Positions 35,281-44,878 are shown, numbered from the stretch's first letter. The stretch: 64,000 nucleotides of DNA from Candidatus Aenigmatarchaeota archaeon (GCA_039000985.1 JAWBMD010000002.1:33578-97577), one strand, 5' to 3'. Program-made: numbers and translations. Notes: generated by a model not told the origin, from the sequence alone.

Positions 35281-37788
35281 TTATGAGCCAAACTTTTTAA
35301 AGAAAAAGTATTTTAAAACTTCAGCAATGCAAAAGTATGCTATCAAAATAAATGAAATTAAAATGATTAAATTACCGTTTAAAGGAACAAATTCAAAATA
35401 AGAGCCTAAAGGTGAAAAAACTATTAGTATAGTTAATAATCCAAAAATTAATGATGATAAAATTAAAATTTCACTTGGTTTAGTTTTAAAGAATTCTTTT
35501 CTTGTCCTTATAACAAAAATTAAAAATATTTCTGAAAGAACAGAAAGAAGGAACCAAGCTGTTCTAAATATTTCAACACTAACTTTTAAAATTAAAAGCA
35601 TTGCCATTGTTGCTAAATCGAAAAATGAGCTTAAAAGTCCAAACAAAATACAAAACTTTTTTATAAAGTTGATATTCCAATGTCTTGGTTTTTTTAATTC
35701 TTCTTCATCAATTCTATCTGTTGAAATAGAAAGTAAAGGACCGTCTGTAACTAAGTTTGTTAAAAGAATTTGAGATGGTAGCATTGGTAAAAAATTTAAA
35801 ATTGGGGAAATAATTGCTAATGTTGTCATGTTCCCCATGTTTGCAGAAAGTGTATTTAATAAATATTTAGTTGTATTACCAAAACATCTTCTACCTTCAA
35901 TTATCCCATCCAAAATTACATTTAAGCTTTTTTTGGTTAAAATTATATCGGAAGCTTCCTTAGCTATATCAACTCCATTTTCAACAGAAATGCCAACATC
36001 AGCTTTTCTAAGTGCTGGAGCGTCATTTGCCCCATCTCCTAAAAAACCAACAACATGACCATTTTTTCTAAGAGCTTCTATTATTTTAACTTTTTGATTA
36101 GGAGTTAACCTAACGAACAAATTGCTTTCTTCAACAGCTTTTTGTAACTCAGTTTCATTCATCGATTGTATTTCTGCTCCGCTCAAAACACCTTTAATTT
36201 CTATATCAACTTCTCTCATTACATGCTCAGCAATTAGAGCATTATCTCCAGTTAATATTTTAATTTCAATTCCAAGTTTTTTTAACATGTTTACAACTTC
36301 TTTAACTTCGTGTTTTGGTGGATCTGTAAAGCAAAGAAAACCAAGCAATATTAAATTGCTTTCATCATTTATGCTATACTTTTCTTTTTTCTCTATTGGC
36401 TTTTCTGAAATAGCTATTACTCTATAACCTTTTTTAAACAAATCTTCAAGAATTTCATTAACAAATTTTTTATCAAGCTCAACAATTTTACCATTTTTCT
36501 TCATGAACGAACAAATAGAAATAATGCTTTCGGGAGCACCTTTACATATTAAAAAAATTTCTCCATCTTTTTTTATAATACTGCTTATTCTTTTCCTTTC
36601 ATAATCAAAAGGAATTAAATCCAAAACTTCATATCTTTTTGGAAAAGATTTTGCAAATTCTGCTATTGCAACATCTATGGAATTGCCTTTAAACTTATCT
36701 CTTTTTCTAACAATAGAAAGAGCTGTAGATGCAAGCAAAATAACTTCTATGTTTCTTTCTTCATTTAAATCTAAATAATCAACAAGTTTTATTTTATTTT
36801 GTGTTAATGTACCAGTTTTATCTATGCACAAAACATCTACATTACCAAAATTTTCAATAGCTACCAATTTTTTCGTTATAGCTCCCTTACTTGCCATTTT
36901 CATCGAGCTATTTGATAAACTTATTGTTATGATTATTGGTAAAGCTTCCGGCACTATACCTACAGCTAAAGCTAAAGAAAATAAAAGTGAATCCAAAACT
37001 TTTTTTCCTAAAATGGAATTTATAAAAAATATAAAAATTAAACCAGTAATAACTATTAACATTAAAAGCTCACTTAATTTTTTTATACTCTTTTGGTAAT
37101 GTGTAATTGGTTCCTCGGCTTTTAAATAACCAGCTATTTCACCGAATGTGCTCTTCATTCCAGTTGATATAACAATCCCTTTTCCCTTTCCATTAGTTAC
37201 TAAAGTTCCCATAAAAGCAATATTTTTCATTTCACTTGGTTGCAATTTTTCTTTTAATATTGGTTCAGCTACTTTTTGAACTGGAAATGATTCCCCAGTT
37301 ATTAAAGATTCATCTATTTCTAATTCATCGACTTCTATTAAACGAAGATCAGCAGGTACTCTATCACCAGTTTCCAACAAAACTATATCTCCAGGAACTA
37401 GATATCTTGTATCTATTTCAACTAAATTACCGTCCCTTAAAACTTTGGTATAATATTTTATTAATTTACAAAGCTTTCTTAAAGCTTTTTCTGATTTATA
37501 TTCTTGAACAAAACCAAGTAAAGAATTTATGAATAGTATTGCTAATATAATAATGGATTCAGTAACACTTTCTGTAATATAAGCAATTATAGCTGCTATA
37601 AAAAGTAAAAGCAATAAAGGATCTTTAAGTTGTGAAAAATAAATACTAATAGCTGATTTTTCCATTCTTTTTGGAATATCGTTTAAACCATAAATAGATA
37701 ATCTTCTTTTTGCCTCTTTTTCAGTTAATCCTTCACTAGATGAACCAAGCTCTTTTATTACTTCTTCACTACTTTTATACCAGTGCAT
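35281..37788 (-). CDS. Cation-transporting P-type ATPase (Ca2+/Mg2+ type)
   Basis: TGES, phosphorylation motif CIDKTGTLTQN, TGDN and GDGANDAPAL; N-terminal Cation_ATPase_N-like segment; 835 aa. Confidence 0.9.
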   Translation of the reverse strand: MHWYKSSEEVIKELGSSSEGLTEKEAKRRLSIYGLNDIPKRMEKSAISIYFSQLKDPLLLLLFIAAIIAYITESVTESIIILAILFINSLLGFVQEYKSEKALRKLCKLIKYYTKVLRDGNLVEIDTRYLVPGDIVLLETGDRVPADLRLIEVDELEIDESLITGESFPVQKVAEPILKEKLQPSEMKNIAFMGTLVTNGKGKGIVISTGMKSTFGEIAGYLKAEEPITHYQKSIKKLSELLMLIVITGLIFIFFINSILGKKVLDSLLFSLALAVGIVPEALPIIITISLSNSSMKMASKGAITKKLVAIENFGNVDVLCIDKTGTLTQNKIKLVDYLDLNEERNIEVILLASTALSIVRKRDKFKGNSIDVAIAEFAKSFPKRYEVLDLIPFDYERKRISSIIKKDGEIFLICKGAPESIISICSFMKKNGKIVELDKKFVNEILEDLFKKGYRVIAISEKPIEKKEKYSINDESNLILLGFLCFTDPPKHEVKEVVNMLKKLGIEIKILTGDNALIAEHVMREVDIEIKGVLSGAEIQSMNETELQKAVEESNLFVRLTPNQKVKIIEALRKNGHVVGFLGDGANDAPALRKADVGISVENGVDIAKEASDIILTKKSLNVILDGIIEGRRCFGNTTKYLLNTLSANMGNMTTLAIISPILNFLPMLPSQILLTNLVTDGPLLSISTDRIDEEELKKPRHWNINFIKKFCILFGLLSSFFDLATMAMLLILKVSVEIFRTAWFLLSVLSEIFLIFVIRTRKEFFKTKPSEILILSSLIFGLLTILIVFSPLGSYFEFVPLNGNLIILISFILIAYFCIAEVLKYFFFKKFGS

Positions 37789-37819
37789 AATTTAATAAAT
37801 AATTATTAATCTAAATTCA

Positions 37820-39100
37820 ATGCAAGCAGTTAAAGGAACAAGAGATTTTCTACCAGAAGAAATGATTTTAAGAGAAAAAATAATTGAAAATTTTAAATCA
37901 ACATTTGAGCTTTTTGGCTTCCAGCCAATTGAAACACCAGCAATAGAAGAATGGAATGTCTTAGCAAAAAAAGGAGGTGGGGGTGAAGATATTTTAAGTG
38001 AAGCCTTTAGCTTTGAAGATAAAGGTAAAAGAAAAGTTGGTTTAAGATATGATTTAACAGTTCCTTTAGCTAGAGTAATAGCAAGCAATCCCACACTACC
38101 TTTACCATTCAAAAGATATCAAATTGGTAAAGTATGGAGATATGGTGATGTAGCAAAAGGTAGGTTAAGAGAATTTTTACAATGCGATATAGATATCGTT
38201 GGTAGTGAAAGTATGTTAGCTGATGCAGAAGTTCTTGCTTGTGCAACTAAAGCATTGGAAAGCATAAATCTAAAAAATTTTTTTATAAGAATTAATAATA
38301 GAAAAATTTTAAGTGGAATCATAAGTTATGTTGGAATAAATGAAAATGTTTCACTAAATGTTATTAGAACTATTGACAAGCTTGATAAAATTGGTTTAAA
38401 TGGTGTAGAAAAAAAACTTAAAGAGTTAAAAATACAAGAAATCTTAGTTAAAAAAATTTTAGATTTCATTAAAATAGATGGCGAGCCAAAAGATGTTTTA
38501 AAGAAAGTTGAAGAAATAATAGGAAATTTTAAAAATTGTATTAGCGAAATGGAAGAATTATTCAATTACTTAAAAATGTTTAATATCTATGATAAAGTGA
38601 AATTTGATATTAGCTTAGCTAGAGGTCTAGATTATTATACAGGTCCTATATTTGAAATCCTTGCTGAGAAAAAAATAGGAAGTATTGCTGGTGGAGGAAG
38701 ATATGATAAATTAATTGCTTTATTTACCGGTAAAGATATCCCAGCTACAGGTATAAGTTTAGGGCTTGAAAGAATTTTAGAGTTAATTAATATAGAAGCA
38801 CCAAAAACAAAAGTAAAAGCTTATATTGTTGCAACAAGTGAAAAGCTTATTGAAAACGTTATAAAAATAGCTAATGAACTAAGAAAAAATAACATAGCTA
38901 CTGATTTTAACATTAGAAAAAGATCATTAGAAAAGCAATTGGAATATGCTGATTCTCTTCAAATTCCTTATGTTATTATAGTTGGAGAAAGAGAATTAAG
39001 AAATAATATTGTTAAAGTAAAAGATATGAAAGAAAGAAGGGAAATAGAAGTAAGAATAAACGAGCTTGTTAAATTCTTCTACCCAGCTCGAACGCTCTAA
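37820..39100 (+). CDS. hisS: Histidyl-tRNA synthetase
   Basis: MQAVKGTRDFLPEE start, class II motifs (RYGDVAKGRLREFLQCD, GGGRYD) and a C-terminal anticodon-binding domain. The last ~7 codons are read-through antisense to the permuted tRNA gene. Confidence 0.9.
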   Translation: MQAVKGTRDFLPEEMILREKIIENFKSTFELFGFQPIETPAIEEWNVLAKKGGGGEDILSEAFSFEDKGKRKVGLRYDLTVPLARVIASNPTLPLPFKRYQIGKVWRYGDVAKGRLREFLQCDIDIVGSESMLADAEVLACATKALESINLKNFFIRINNRKILSGIISYVGINENVSLNVIRTIDKLDKIGLNGVEKKLKELKIQEILVKKILDFIKIDGEPKDVLKKVEEIIGNFKNCISEMEELFNYLKMFNIYDKVKFDISLARGLDYYTGPIFEILAEKKIGSIAGGGRYDKLIALFTGKDIPATGISLGLERILELINIEAPKTKVKAYIVATSEKLIENVIKIANELRKNNIATDFNIRKRSLEKQLEYADSLQIPYVIIVGERELRNNIVKVKDMKERREIEVRINELVKFFYPARTL

Positions 39101-39180
39101 CCAGGCTGAGCTACTGGCCCATTGTGGGCCAGAAGGGATTCGAACCCTTGACCTTTCGGTTATCAGCTTCGTTGCTGGGT
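39081..39180 (-). tRNA. Circularly permuted tRNA-Ile (GAT) gene: leader, 3' half (nt 31-73), CAAT spacer, 5' half (nt 1-30), trailer
   Basis: Minus strand reads ACCCAGC-AACG-AAG-CUGAUAA-CCGAA-AGGUC-AAGGG-UUCGAAU-CCCUU-CUGGCCC-A-CAAU-GGGCCAG-UA-GCUC-AGCCUGGUUA-GAGC-GUUCG-A-GCUGGGU. Trailer GCUGGGU pairs with leader ACCCAGC (7 bp). CGUU/AACG forms the 4-bp central helix, flanked by 3-nt bulges CGA and AAG. Canonical cleavage and ligation joins G30 to G31 and yields a normal 75-nt cloverleaf with anticodon loop CUGAUAA. Confidence 0.8.
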
Positions 39181-39212
39181 AGATCTATAAAAAATTTTAA
39201 TTTATTTAAATA

Positions 39213-40124
39213 TTATTTGCTTTTAATTTTTTCAGCTATTTGGTCTATAACTTTTTGAACATCAATACCTTCAGCTAATCCAATACCAGATACTAAAGAA
39301 TTTGTTACACTTGAAAAATTAGCTGGCAAAATTATTTTTGAGTTCGGACTACTTCCTATTTTTTCCAGAGCTTTTAAATAAAGATAATTTATTGCATTTG
39401 GATTTAGTCTTTCTGCCGCATCTCCCAAAACCTCTATTAAAACTCTTTTTGCTTCTGCTTCGAATCTTGCAGCTAATGCCTCTTGCTCACTTGTTAATGG
39501 TTTTATTAAAGCATTTAGCACTTCTTCTGGTAATTTAATATTCTGTACTTGTATTGTAACAATGTTAACTCCCCATTGCTGTAAAGCAAAAACAACATTT
39601 TTTTCTAATTCTTTTCCTATTTCATCTATCATTGAAAATATTTCCCTCATTGCAAAGTTGCTCATTCCACTTCTTATACTTCCCATTAAATAATTAAAAA
39701 GAACATCTTCCAAAACAGTAACTTGTAAAACAGCTTTTTTAGGATCTGCTATTCCATAAAAAATTGCTACATTTGTATAAAGCGGTATATCATCCTTAGA
39801 ATAAACTTGTATGTTTTCAAGTACTTTACTTCTCGTTCTAATATCAATTCTTTTAAATTCTTGCTCTATAAAAGGAATAACAATGCTCCAACCAGGACCG
39901 GCTATTCTATTAAACTTGCCAAATCTATATATTATAGCTCTTTCTGTTTCTCCATAAGTTTTAACAAATGTGAAAAAGAATCCTATAATAAACAAAGTTA
40001 ACAGAAATATTGGCACAAATAATGAACCTATTATTTTGAATACAAAATTACCGAATATTAATGATAAAAGCAGTATAAAAGCAATCAGCCCTAAAAATCC
40101 AAATACAATCTTACCTATCTCCAT
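39213..40124 (-). CDS. SPFH/band-7 (stomatin/prohibitin-like) membrane protein
   Basis: ERAIIYRFGKFNRIAGPGWSIVIPFIE...IDIRT is SPFH domain sequence. The start is taken at MEIGKIVFGFLGL (ATG 40124), because the track ORF's 42-codon N-terminal extension is low-complexity. Confidence 0.8.
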   Translation of the reverse strand: MEIGKIVFGFLGLIAFILLLSLIFGNFVFKIIGSLFVPIFLLTLFIIGFFFTFVKTYGETERAIIYRFGKFNRIAGPGWSIVIPFIEQEFKRIDIRTRSKVLENIQVYSKDDIPLYTNVAIFYGIADPKKAVLQVTVLEDVLFNYLMGSIRSGMSNFAMREIFSMIDEIGKELEKNVVFALQQWGVNIVTIQVQNIKLPEEVLNALIKPLTSEQEALAARFEAEAKRVLIEVLGDAAERLNPNAINYLYLKALEKIGSSPNSKIILPANFSSVTNSLVSGIGLAEGIDVQKVIDQIAEKIKSK

Positions 40125-40248
40125 ACAATTATCTTTTAGATTATGTAATTTAAATAAATAAAAGAAATTTAAAGTTATGAAAAAACTAATAGAAAAGCTA
40201 AAAGGTTTGTTTGGAAAAAAGAAAAAAGAATAGAAAGAAAAATAATTC

Positions 40249-42483
40249 ATGGAAAAGGCGTGGAATAAAACAATTGAAGAAAACTTTAAAGAGAAGTTTA
40301 TAGTGAACCAGAAAGAAAAAAAGAAAATAGTAGTAATAGATACACCACCACCTTATCCTGGTCCTTTTTGGCATATGGGAGCAGCAATGAGTTATGTATT
40401 ACAAGATGTAGTTGCTAGAATATTTAGAATGAGAGGTTTTAAGGTAATATTTCCAATTGGTTTTGATAGAAATGGTATACCTGTTGAGTGGTATGTTGAA
40501 AAATATGAAAATATAAAGATATCTGATTTACCAAGAAAAGAATTTTTAGAAGTTTGTAAAAAAAGCTTAGATAAATATGTTGAAAGAATGGAAAATATAA
40601 TGAAAAGGCTTTTGTTGAGCTTTGATTTTGAAAATAAATACTTTACTGATAGCGATGAATACAAAGCTTTTGTTCAGAAAACTTTTAAAGAATCTTTTGA
40701 TAAAAGGCTTATTTATGAAGATGTTAAGCCATCGATTTTTTGTCCGCATTGTAAAACAACAATAGCATTAGCAGAAATAGAAAGAGAAGAAGTTGAAGGA
40801 GAATTATATTATATAAAATTTTCTATAGAAAATAGTGAAGAAAAAATAACAATAGCGACAACAAGACCAGAATTATTAGAAGCTTGCAGGTTAATTGTTT
40901 TTCACTCTAAAGATAAAAGATATAAACATTTAGAAAACAAAAAAGCTATAGTACCATTATTTAATTTTTCTGTACCTATTAAAAAAAGAAATGATGTTGA
41001 TATGAATTTTGGTACTGGAATTATGATGGTTTGTTCTTATGGTGATTTAGATGATGTTAAAATTTTGAATGAAGAAAAAATAGAACCAAAAATAATATTT
41101 GATGAAAATGGTTTATATAAAGGAAAAACAAGTTTAGAATTAAGAAAAGAAATTGTTGAAAGTTTAGAAAAGCTTGGATTAATAGAAAAGAAAGAAAAAA
41201 TAACTCAAAACATTCCTTTACATGATAAATGCAAAACAAGAATAGAAATAATTCCATTAAAGGAATTTTTTTTAAATCAAATAGAATTTAAAGATAAAAT
41301 GCTTGAAATAGCAAAAGAACTAAAAGTAGTTCCAAAAGTTTATAAAAAAAGATTAATAGATTGGATTAAATCAATTTCAATGGATTGGCCAATTTCGAGA
41401 AGAAGATACTATGCCACAGAAATACCAATTTGGTATTGTAAAAATTGTAATTATATTTATATTCCAAATGATGATAAACCACATAAACCATGGTTAGAGA
41501 ATTTAGATATTGAATGCCCATCATGTAAATCAAAAGAATGGACTGGTGAAACAAGAACCTTAGATACTTGGTTTAGCAGCTCAGTTTCATTACTTTTTAT
41601 AACTAGAAATTTAAATGAAAATTTTATATCAATAAGACCTCAAGGTTATGAAATAATTAGAACATGGCTATATTACTCTTTATTAAGGGTTTTCCAACTA
41701 AAAAACAAAAAAGCTTTTGACATAGCTTTAATTCATGGCATGGGCTTAGATGAATTTGGTAGAAAAATGAGCAAAAGCCTTGGTAATGTAATTTATCCAG
41801 AAGAAATAATAGAGCAACATGGAGCAGAACCAGCTAGACTTTGGTTCATGATGGAATATTCAATTGGAAGTGATTATAAAATTAGCAAAGAAAAAATAGC
41901 CGGATATAAAAGATTTTTAACAAAATTAATAAACATAGCAAATTTTATAAAACAATTTGAATATTGTGAAACTAACAATTTAGAAATAAGTGATAAATGG
42001 ATTATAACAGAAATTTTATTGTTAAAGGAATTTGTTCTGAAAAATTATAAAAATTTCAAAATAAATGTTGCTTTGCAAAAATTGCATGACTTTGTTGTTA
42101 ATGTTTTTTCATCAAATTATATTGAAATGATTAAAAAAAGAGCTTTTGAAAAAAATAAAAGCGCTATATATGCATTATATTTTTGTTTTGGGGAAATACT
42201 TAAATTACTTTATCCAGTTATACCAGCAACAACAACAAATTTATTTAAAGAATTATATGGAAAAGATATTGAAAACTTTGGTAAGATAAAAAGAAAACTA
42301 ATAGATAAAAGCCTTTCGGAATTAACTAATGATTTGCTTAATTTCAATAGCTATGTTTGGAAATTGAAAAAAGAAAAAAACATTAGCTTGAAAGATGCTA
42401 TAGATGTAAAAATACCGGAAAAGCTAAAAATTTTTGAGCAAGACTTAAAAAGAATGCATAACATTATGGAGAAATCTTCTTAA
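40249..42483 (+). CDS. valS: Valyl-tRNA synthetase (short, divergent)
   Basis: VIDTPPPYPGPFWHMGAA, TTRPELLEA (CP1 editing region), Zn-knuckle CPHC/CKNC..CPSC and KMSKS (GRKMSKSLGN); 744 aa. Confidence 0.7.
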   Translation: MEKAWNKTIEENFKEKFIVNQKEKKKIVVIDTPPPYPGPFWHMGAAMSYVLQDVVARIFRMRGFKVIFPIGFDRNGIPVEWYVEKYENIKISDLPRKEFLEVCKKSLDKYVERMENIMKRLLLSFDFENKYFTDSDEYKAFVQKTFKESFDKRLIYEDVKPSIFCPHCKTTIALAEIEREEVEGELYYIKFSIENSEEKITIATTRPELLEACRLIVFHSKDKRYKHLENKKAIVPLFNFSVPIKKRNDVDMNFGTGIMMVCSYGDLDDVKILNEEKIEPKIIFDENGLYKGKTSLELRKEIVESLEKLGLIEKKEKITQNIPLHDKCKTRIEIIPLKEFFLNQIEFKDKMLEIAKELKVVPKVYKKRLIDWIKSISMDWPISRRRYYATEIPIWYCKNCNYIYIPNDDKPHKPWLENLDIECPSCKSKEWTGETRTLDTWFSSSVSLLFITRNLNENFISIRPQGYEIIRTWLYYSLLRVFQLKNKKAFDIALIHGMGLDEFGRKMSKSLGNVIYPEEIIEQHGAEPARLWFMMEYSIGSDYKISKEKIAGYKRFLTKLINIANFIKQFEYCETNNLEISDKWIITEILLLKEFVLKNYKNFKINVALQKLHDFVVNVFSSNYIEMIKKRAFEKNKSAIYALYFCFGEILKLLYPVIPATTTNLFKELYGKDIENFGKIKRKLIDKSLSELTNDLLNFNSYVWKLKKEKNISLKDAIDVKIPEKLKIFEQDLKRMHNIMEKSS

Positions 42484-42613
42484 TCCAAGTTATATCTATT
42501 AAAAATTTTAGCTTCTCTATTATAACATCTTTGAAAATAACTATAAAAACTATAAAAATTGTGATTAAAATCAAAGCTATTAACCAGCTCACTTTTTCCC
42601 CAACTACTGTCAT
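42464..42613 (-). CDS. Possible 49-aa single-TM micro-protein (below track cutoff)
   Basis: The ATG overlaps the stop of the upstream gene (TAATG at 42615-42611). Hand translation gives MTVVGEKVSWLIALILITIFIVFIVIFKDVIIEKL... Confidence 0.3.
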   Translation of the reverse strand: MTVVGEKVSWLIALILITIFIVFIVIFKDVIIEKLKFLIDITWIKKISP

Positions 42614-43143
42614 TATATTAATTTTAGTGCGGAAATTATAAATTTAACTAGAATTTTATCAAAATCATTTTTATTTTTATATTTTAAAAAAACCAAATTT
42701 TTATCAACAAAAATTTCTGTTTTGTTTGAATATATTGGATCTACAAAAACTATTCCAACTTCATTTTCATTTATTGTATAATTTTTCAGGTCTTCATATT
42801 TTTCTACTATTAGTGGAGAAAATTTTAATGTATAATTGTTCAATTCATAAAACATTGTTAGTTTATTAACTATATCGAAAAACCCAATTGAAGTTAAATT
42901 CAAAAACTTACTTTCATTAACAATAAACAAATATATTCTTGTTAAATTTTTGTTTAAAAATAGATTGCTTAAATCATAATTTACCTTAACATTTAAAGCT
43001 TCTATATAAGGTTTTCTAAAAATGAATTTAACTCCATATTTTTCTATAATGCTAAACTTTTCCAAATAAAATCTTTTTAAGTATGGAATCGAAATAACTA
43101 CAAATATTATTAGTATTACTGCTAAAACCTTATAATTTACCAT
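42613..43143 (-). CDS. Hypothetical membrane-anchored protein (176 aa)
   Basis: N-terminal TM VLAVILIIFVVISIPYL. No recognised domain. Confidence 0.45.
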   Translation of the reverse strand: MVNYKVLAVILIIFVVISIPYLKRFYLEKFSIIEKYGVKFIFRKPYIEALNVKVNYDLSNLFLNKNLTRIYLFIVNESKFLNLTSIGFFDIVNKLTMFYELNNYTLKFSPLIVEKYEDLKNYTINENEVGIVFVDPIYSNKTEIFVDKNLVFLKYKNKNDFDKILVKFIISALKLI

Positions 43144-43170
43144 ATAATTTATTTGCTTGTAATTAATTTT

Positions 43171-43641
43171 ATGAAGTGTATTAGTCCATTAATAGCTACT
43201 TTACTACTAATATCATTCACAGTTGCAGTATCTGTAATAATTTTCAATTGGGGAATTCCATTTTTTAGAAAAATGGCAAGTGATGTTGGTAATAAAACAT
43301 CTACTGAGTTAGAGTGTAAAAATGGTGCAGTTGTATTAGAAAATTTAAGGTTTTGTAATGATTGGCTATATATGGAAATTAGAAATAGAGGAAACATAGA
43401 TCTTACTGGTTTAGCTTTAGCAATATTTTATACAAACAATTCTCAATTTCAATACCCTTTATGTTTTGCTGGTAATAAAGTTGTTGTTTGTAGCAATGAT
43501 GAATATAATTTAACTTTAAGAGTTAATGTTGTTTATGTTTTTAACATAACAGCAAATTCAAATATAGACTTTTTATATTTAAAAACTAGTTGTCCAAATG
43601 TATACGATAGAGTCTCCTCGACACTTATAGAATTTTGTTAA
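43171..43641 (+). CDS. Archaeal type IV pilin-like protein (class III signal peptide)
   Basis: MKCISPLIATLLLISFTVAVSVIIF matches the archaeal pilin_N pattern, (K/R)x(I/V)SPxIATxLLI. The start is taken at the Met immediately preceding the motif. Confidence 0.7.
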   Translation: MKCISPLIATLLLISFTVAVSVIIFNWGIPFFRKMASDVGNKTSTELECKNGAVVLENLRFCNDWLYMEIRNRGNIDLTGLALAIFYTNNSQFQYPLCFAGNKVVVCSNDEYNLTLRVNVVYVFNITANSNIDFLYLKTSCPNVYDRVSSTLIEFC

Positions 43642-44348
43642 AAATGAAATTTAGCATTGTAATTCCTGCACTTAATGAAGAAAAATATATTGAAAACTGT
43701 TTAATTTCTGTTTTAGATCAAACTTATAAAAATTATGAAATAATTGTTGTCGTTGATAAAAGATCAAAAGATAAAACGTATGAAATTGCAAAAAAGTATA
43801 CAAAAAATGTTTATTACTGTGAAAAGAAAGGTATAGCTGGTAGTAGAAATTTTGGTGCAAGACTTGCAAAAGGAGATGTATTGCTATTTTTAGATGCTGA
43901 TACAATAGTGCTACCAAATTTATTAGAAGCATTTAACAAGCATTTAAAAGATAAAAAAGTAGTTGGTTGCGCTTGTCCTAAGCTTCCTATAAAATATGAT
44001 GCAAAGTTTATTTTGGCATTTATAGTTTATAACAATTATGAAGAGCTATCCTTGAAAGTTGGTAAGCCAAATATAGCTGGATGTATTTCTGCATACAAAA
44101 AAAAGTATTTTGATATGGTTAATGGTTTTGATGAAAGGTTGAAAGTTCTAGAGGATTTCGATTTATCTAACAGAATATCTAAGCTTGGAAAAATTGTTTA
44201 CACAAAAGACACATTTGTATTAACTTCAACAAGAAGATTGGAAAAGTGGGGCCTTTTCAAATCTTTTGTTAACTATACAAACTATTACTTAAAATTTTTA
44301 ACTTTCAAAGAGCTCTTAAAAAAAGAAAAGTTTGAAGTTATAAGGTGA
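43635..44348 (+). CDS. Family 2 glycosyltransferase
   Basis: FSIVIPALNEEKYIENCL...YEIIVVVDKRSKDKT and LDADT (DxD). Confidence 0.85.
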   Translation: MLKMKFSIVIPALNEEKYIENCLISVLDQTYKNYEIIVVVDKRSKDKTYEIAKKYTKNVYYCEKKGIAGSRNFGARLAKGDVLLFLDADTIVLPNLLEAFNKHLKDKKVVGCACPKLPIKYDAKFILAFIVYNNYEELSLKVGKPNIAGCISAYKKKYFDMVNGFDERLKVLEDFDLSNRISKLGKIVYTKDTFVLTSTRRLEKWGLFKSFVNYTNYYLKFLTFKELLKKEKFEVIR

Positions 44349-44878
44349 AGAATTTTTTGTTTAGCTTCTTCTACTGTTAATTTATCATTATCTATTACAT
44401 AATCTGCTAAATTTTTTAGTGAATAATAATCTAAATTATAAATTCTTTTAAATTCTTTACTTTCTTTTCTCTCCCTTTCCTTTAAAATTTCTAAAGCTTT
44501 TTCAAAACTAATTCCGTCCCTCATCGCTGTCCTTTTTGCTCTTGTTCCTAAAGATGCTTCTAACCATATTTTTAAATCTGCCAAATCCTTAAGAAAGTAA
44601 AGAGAAAGTTTACCACATATTACTACTCTTTTTCTTTTTGCTAATTCTATTTGCATTTCATCAATTTTTTTATGAAATTCTTTGCTTTTTCCCATTTCGG
44701 TTTTCCAACCAGCTAATGCTGCCTCTGAACTTAATCCTCCAAATGTTTTCTTGAAATATTCACCAGGTGAAAAATATTCATAATTCAATTCATTAGCTAT
44801 TTCTTTTGAAAGTGTAGAGGAACCTGCACCAGGTAAACCAGAAATAACTATAGTTAAATCTTTTACTTTTTTTTCCAT
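44285..44878 (-). CDS. cmk: Archaeal-type cytidylate (CMP) kinase
   Basis: P-loop SGLPGAGSST, and the LKIWLEASLGTRAKRTAMRDG...RERKESKEFKRIYNLD pattern of archaeal Cmk. Confidence 0.7.
   Translation of the reverse strand: MEKKVKDLTIVISGLPGAGSSTLSKEIANELNYEYFSPGEYFKKTFGGLSSEAALAGWKTEMGKSKEFHKKIDEMQIELAKRKRVVICGKLSLYFLKDLADLKIWLEASLGTRAKRTAMRDGISFEKALEILKERERKESKEFKRIYNLDYYSLKNLADYVIDNDKLTVEEAKQKILHLITSNFSFFKSSLKVKNFK

Noticed and set aside
37792-38565. Minus-strand ORFs antisense to hisS (37792-38112, 38119-38322, 38326-38565), and comparable antisense ORFs in the P-type ATPase, valS, gltX, TIP49 and ftsZ genes
   Set aside because: They are shadow ORFs opposite strongly supported genes.
39081-39180. 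Reading the locus as two tRNA fragments left by a decayed tandem duplication, or as trans-spliced split halves
   Set aside because: The halves are 4 nt apart on one strand. Their leader and trailer form a precise 7-bp + 4-bp + 3-nt-bulge motif whose cleavage recreates a perfect anticodon stem, which chance debris would be unlikely to preserve.
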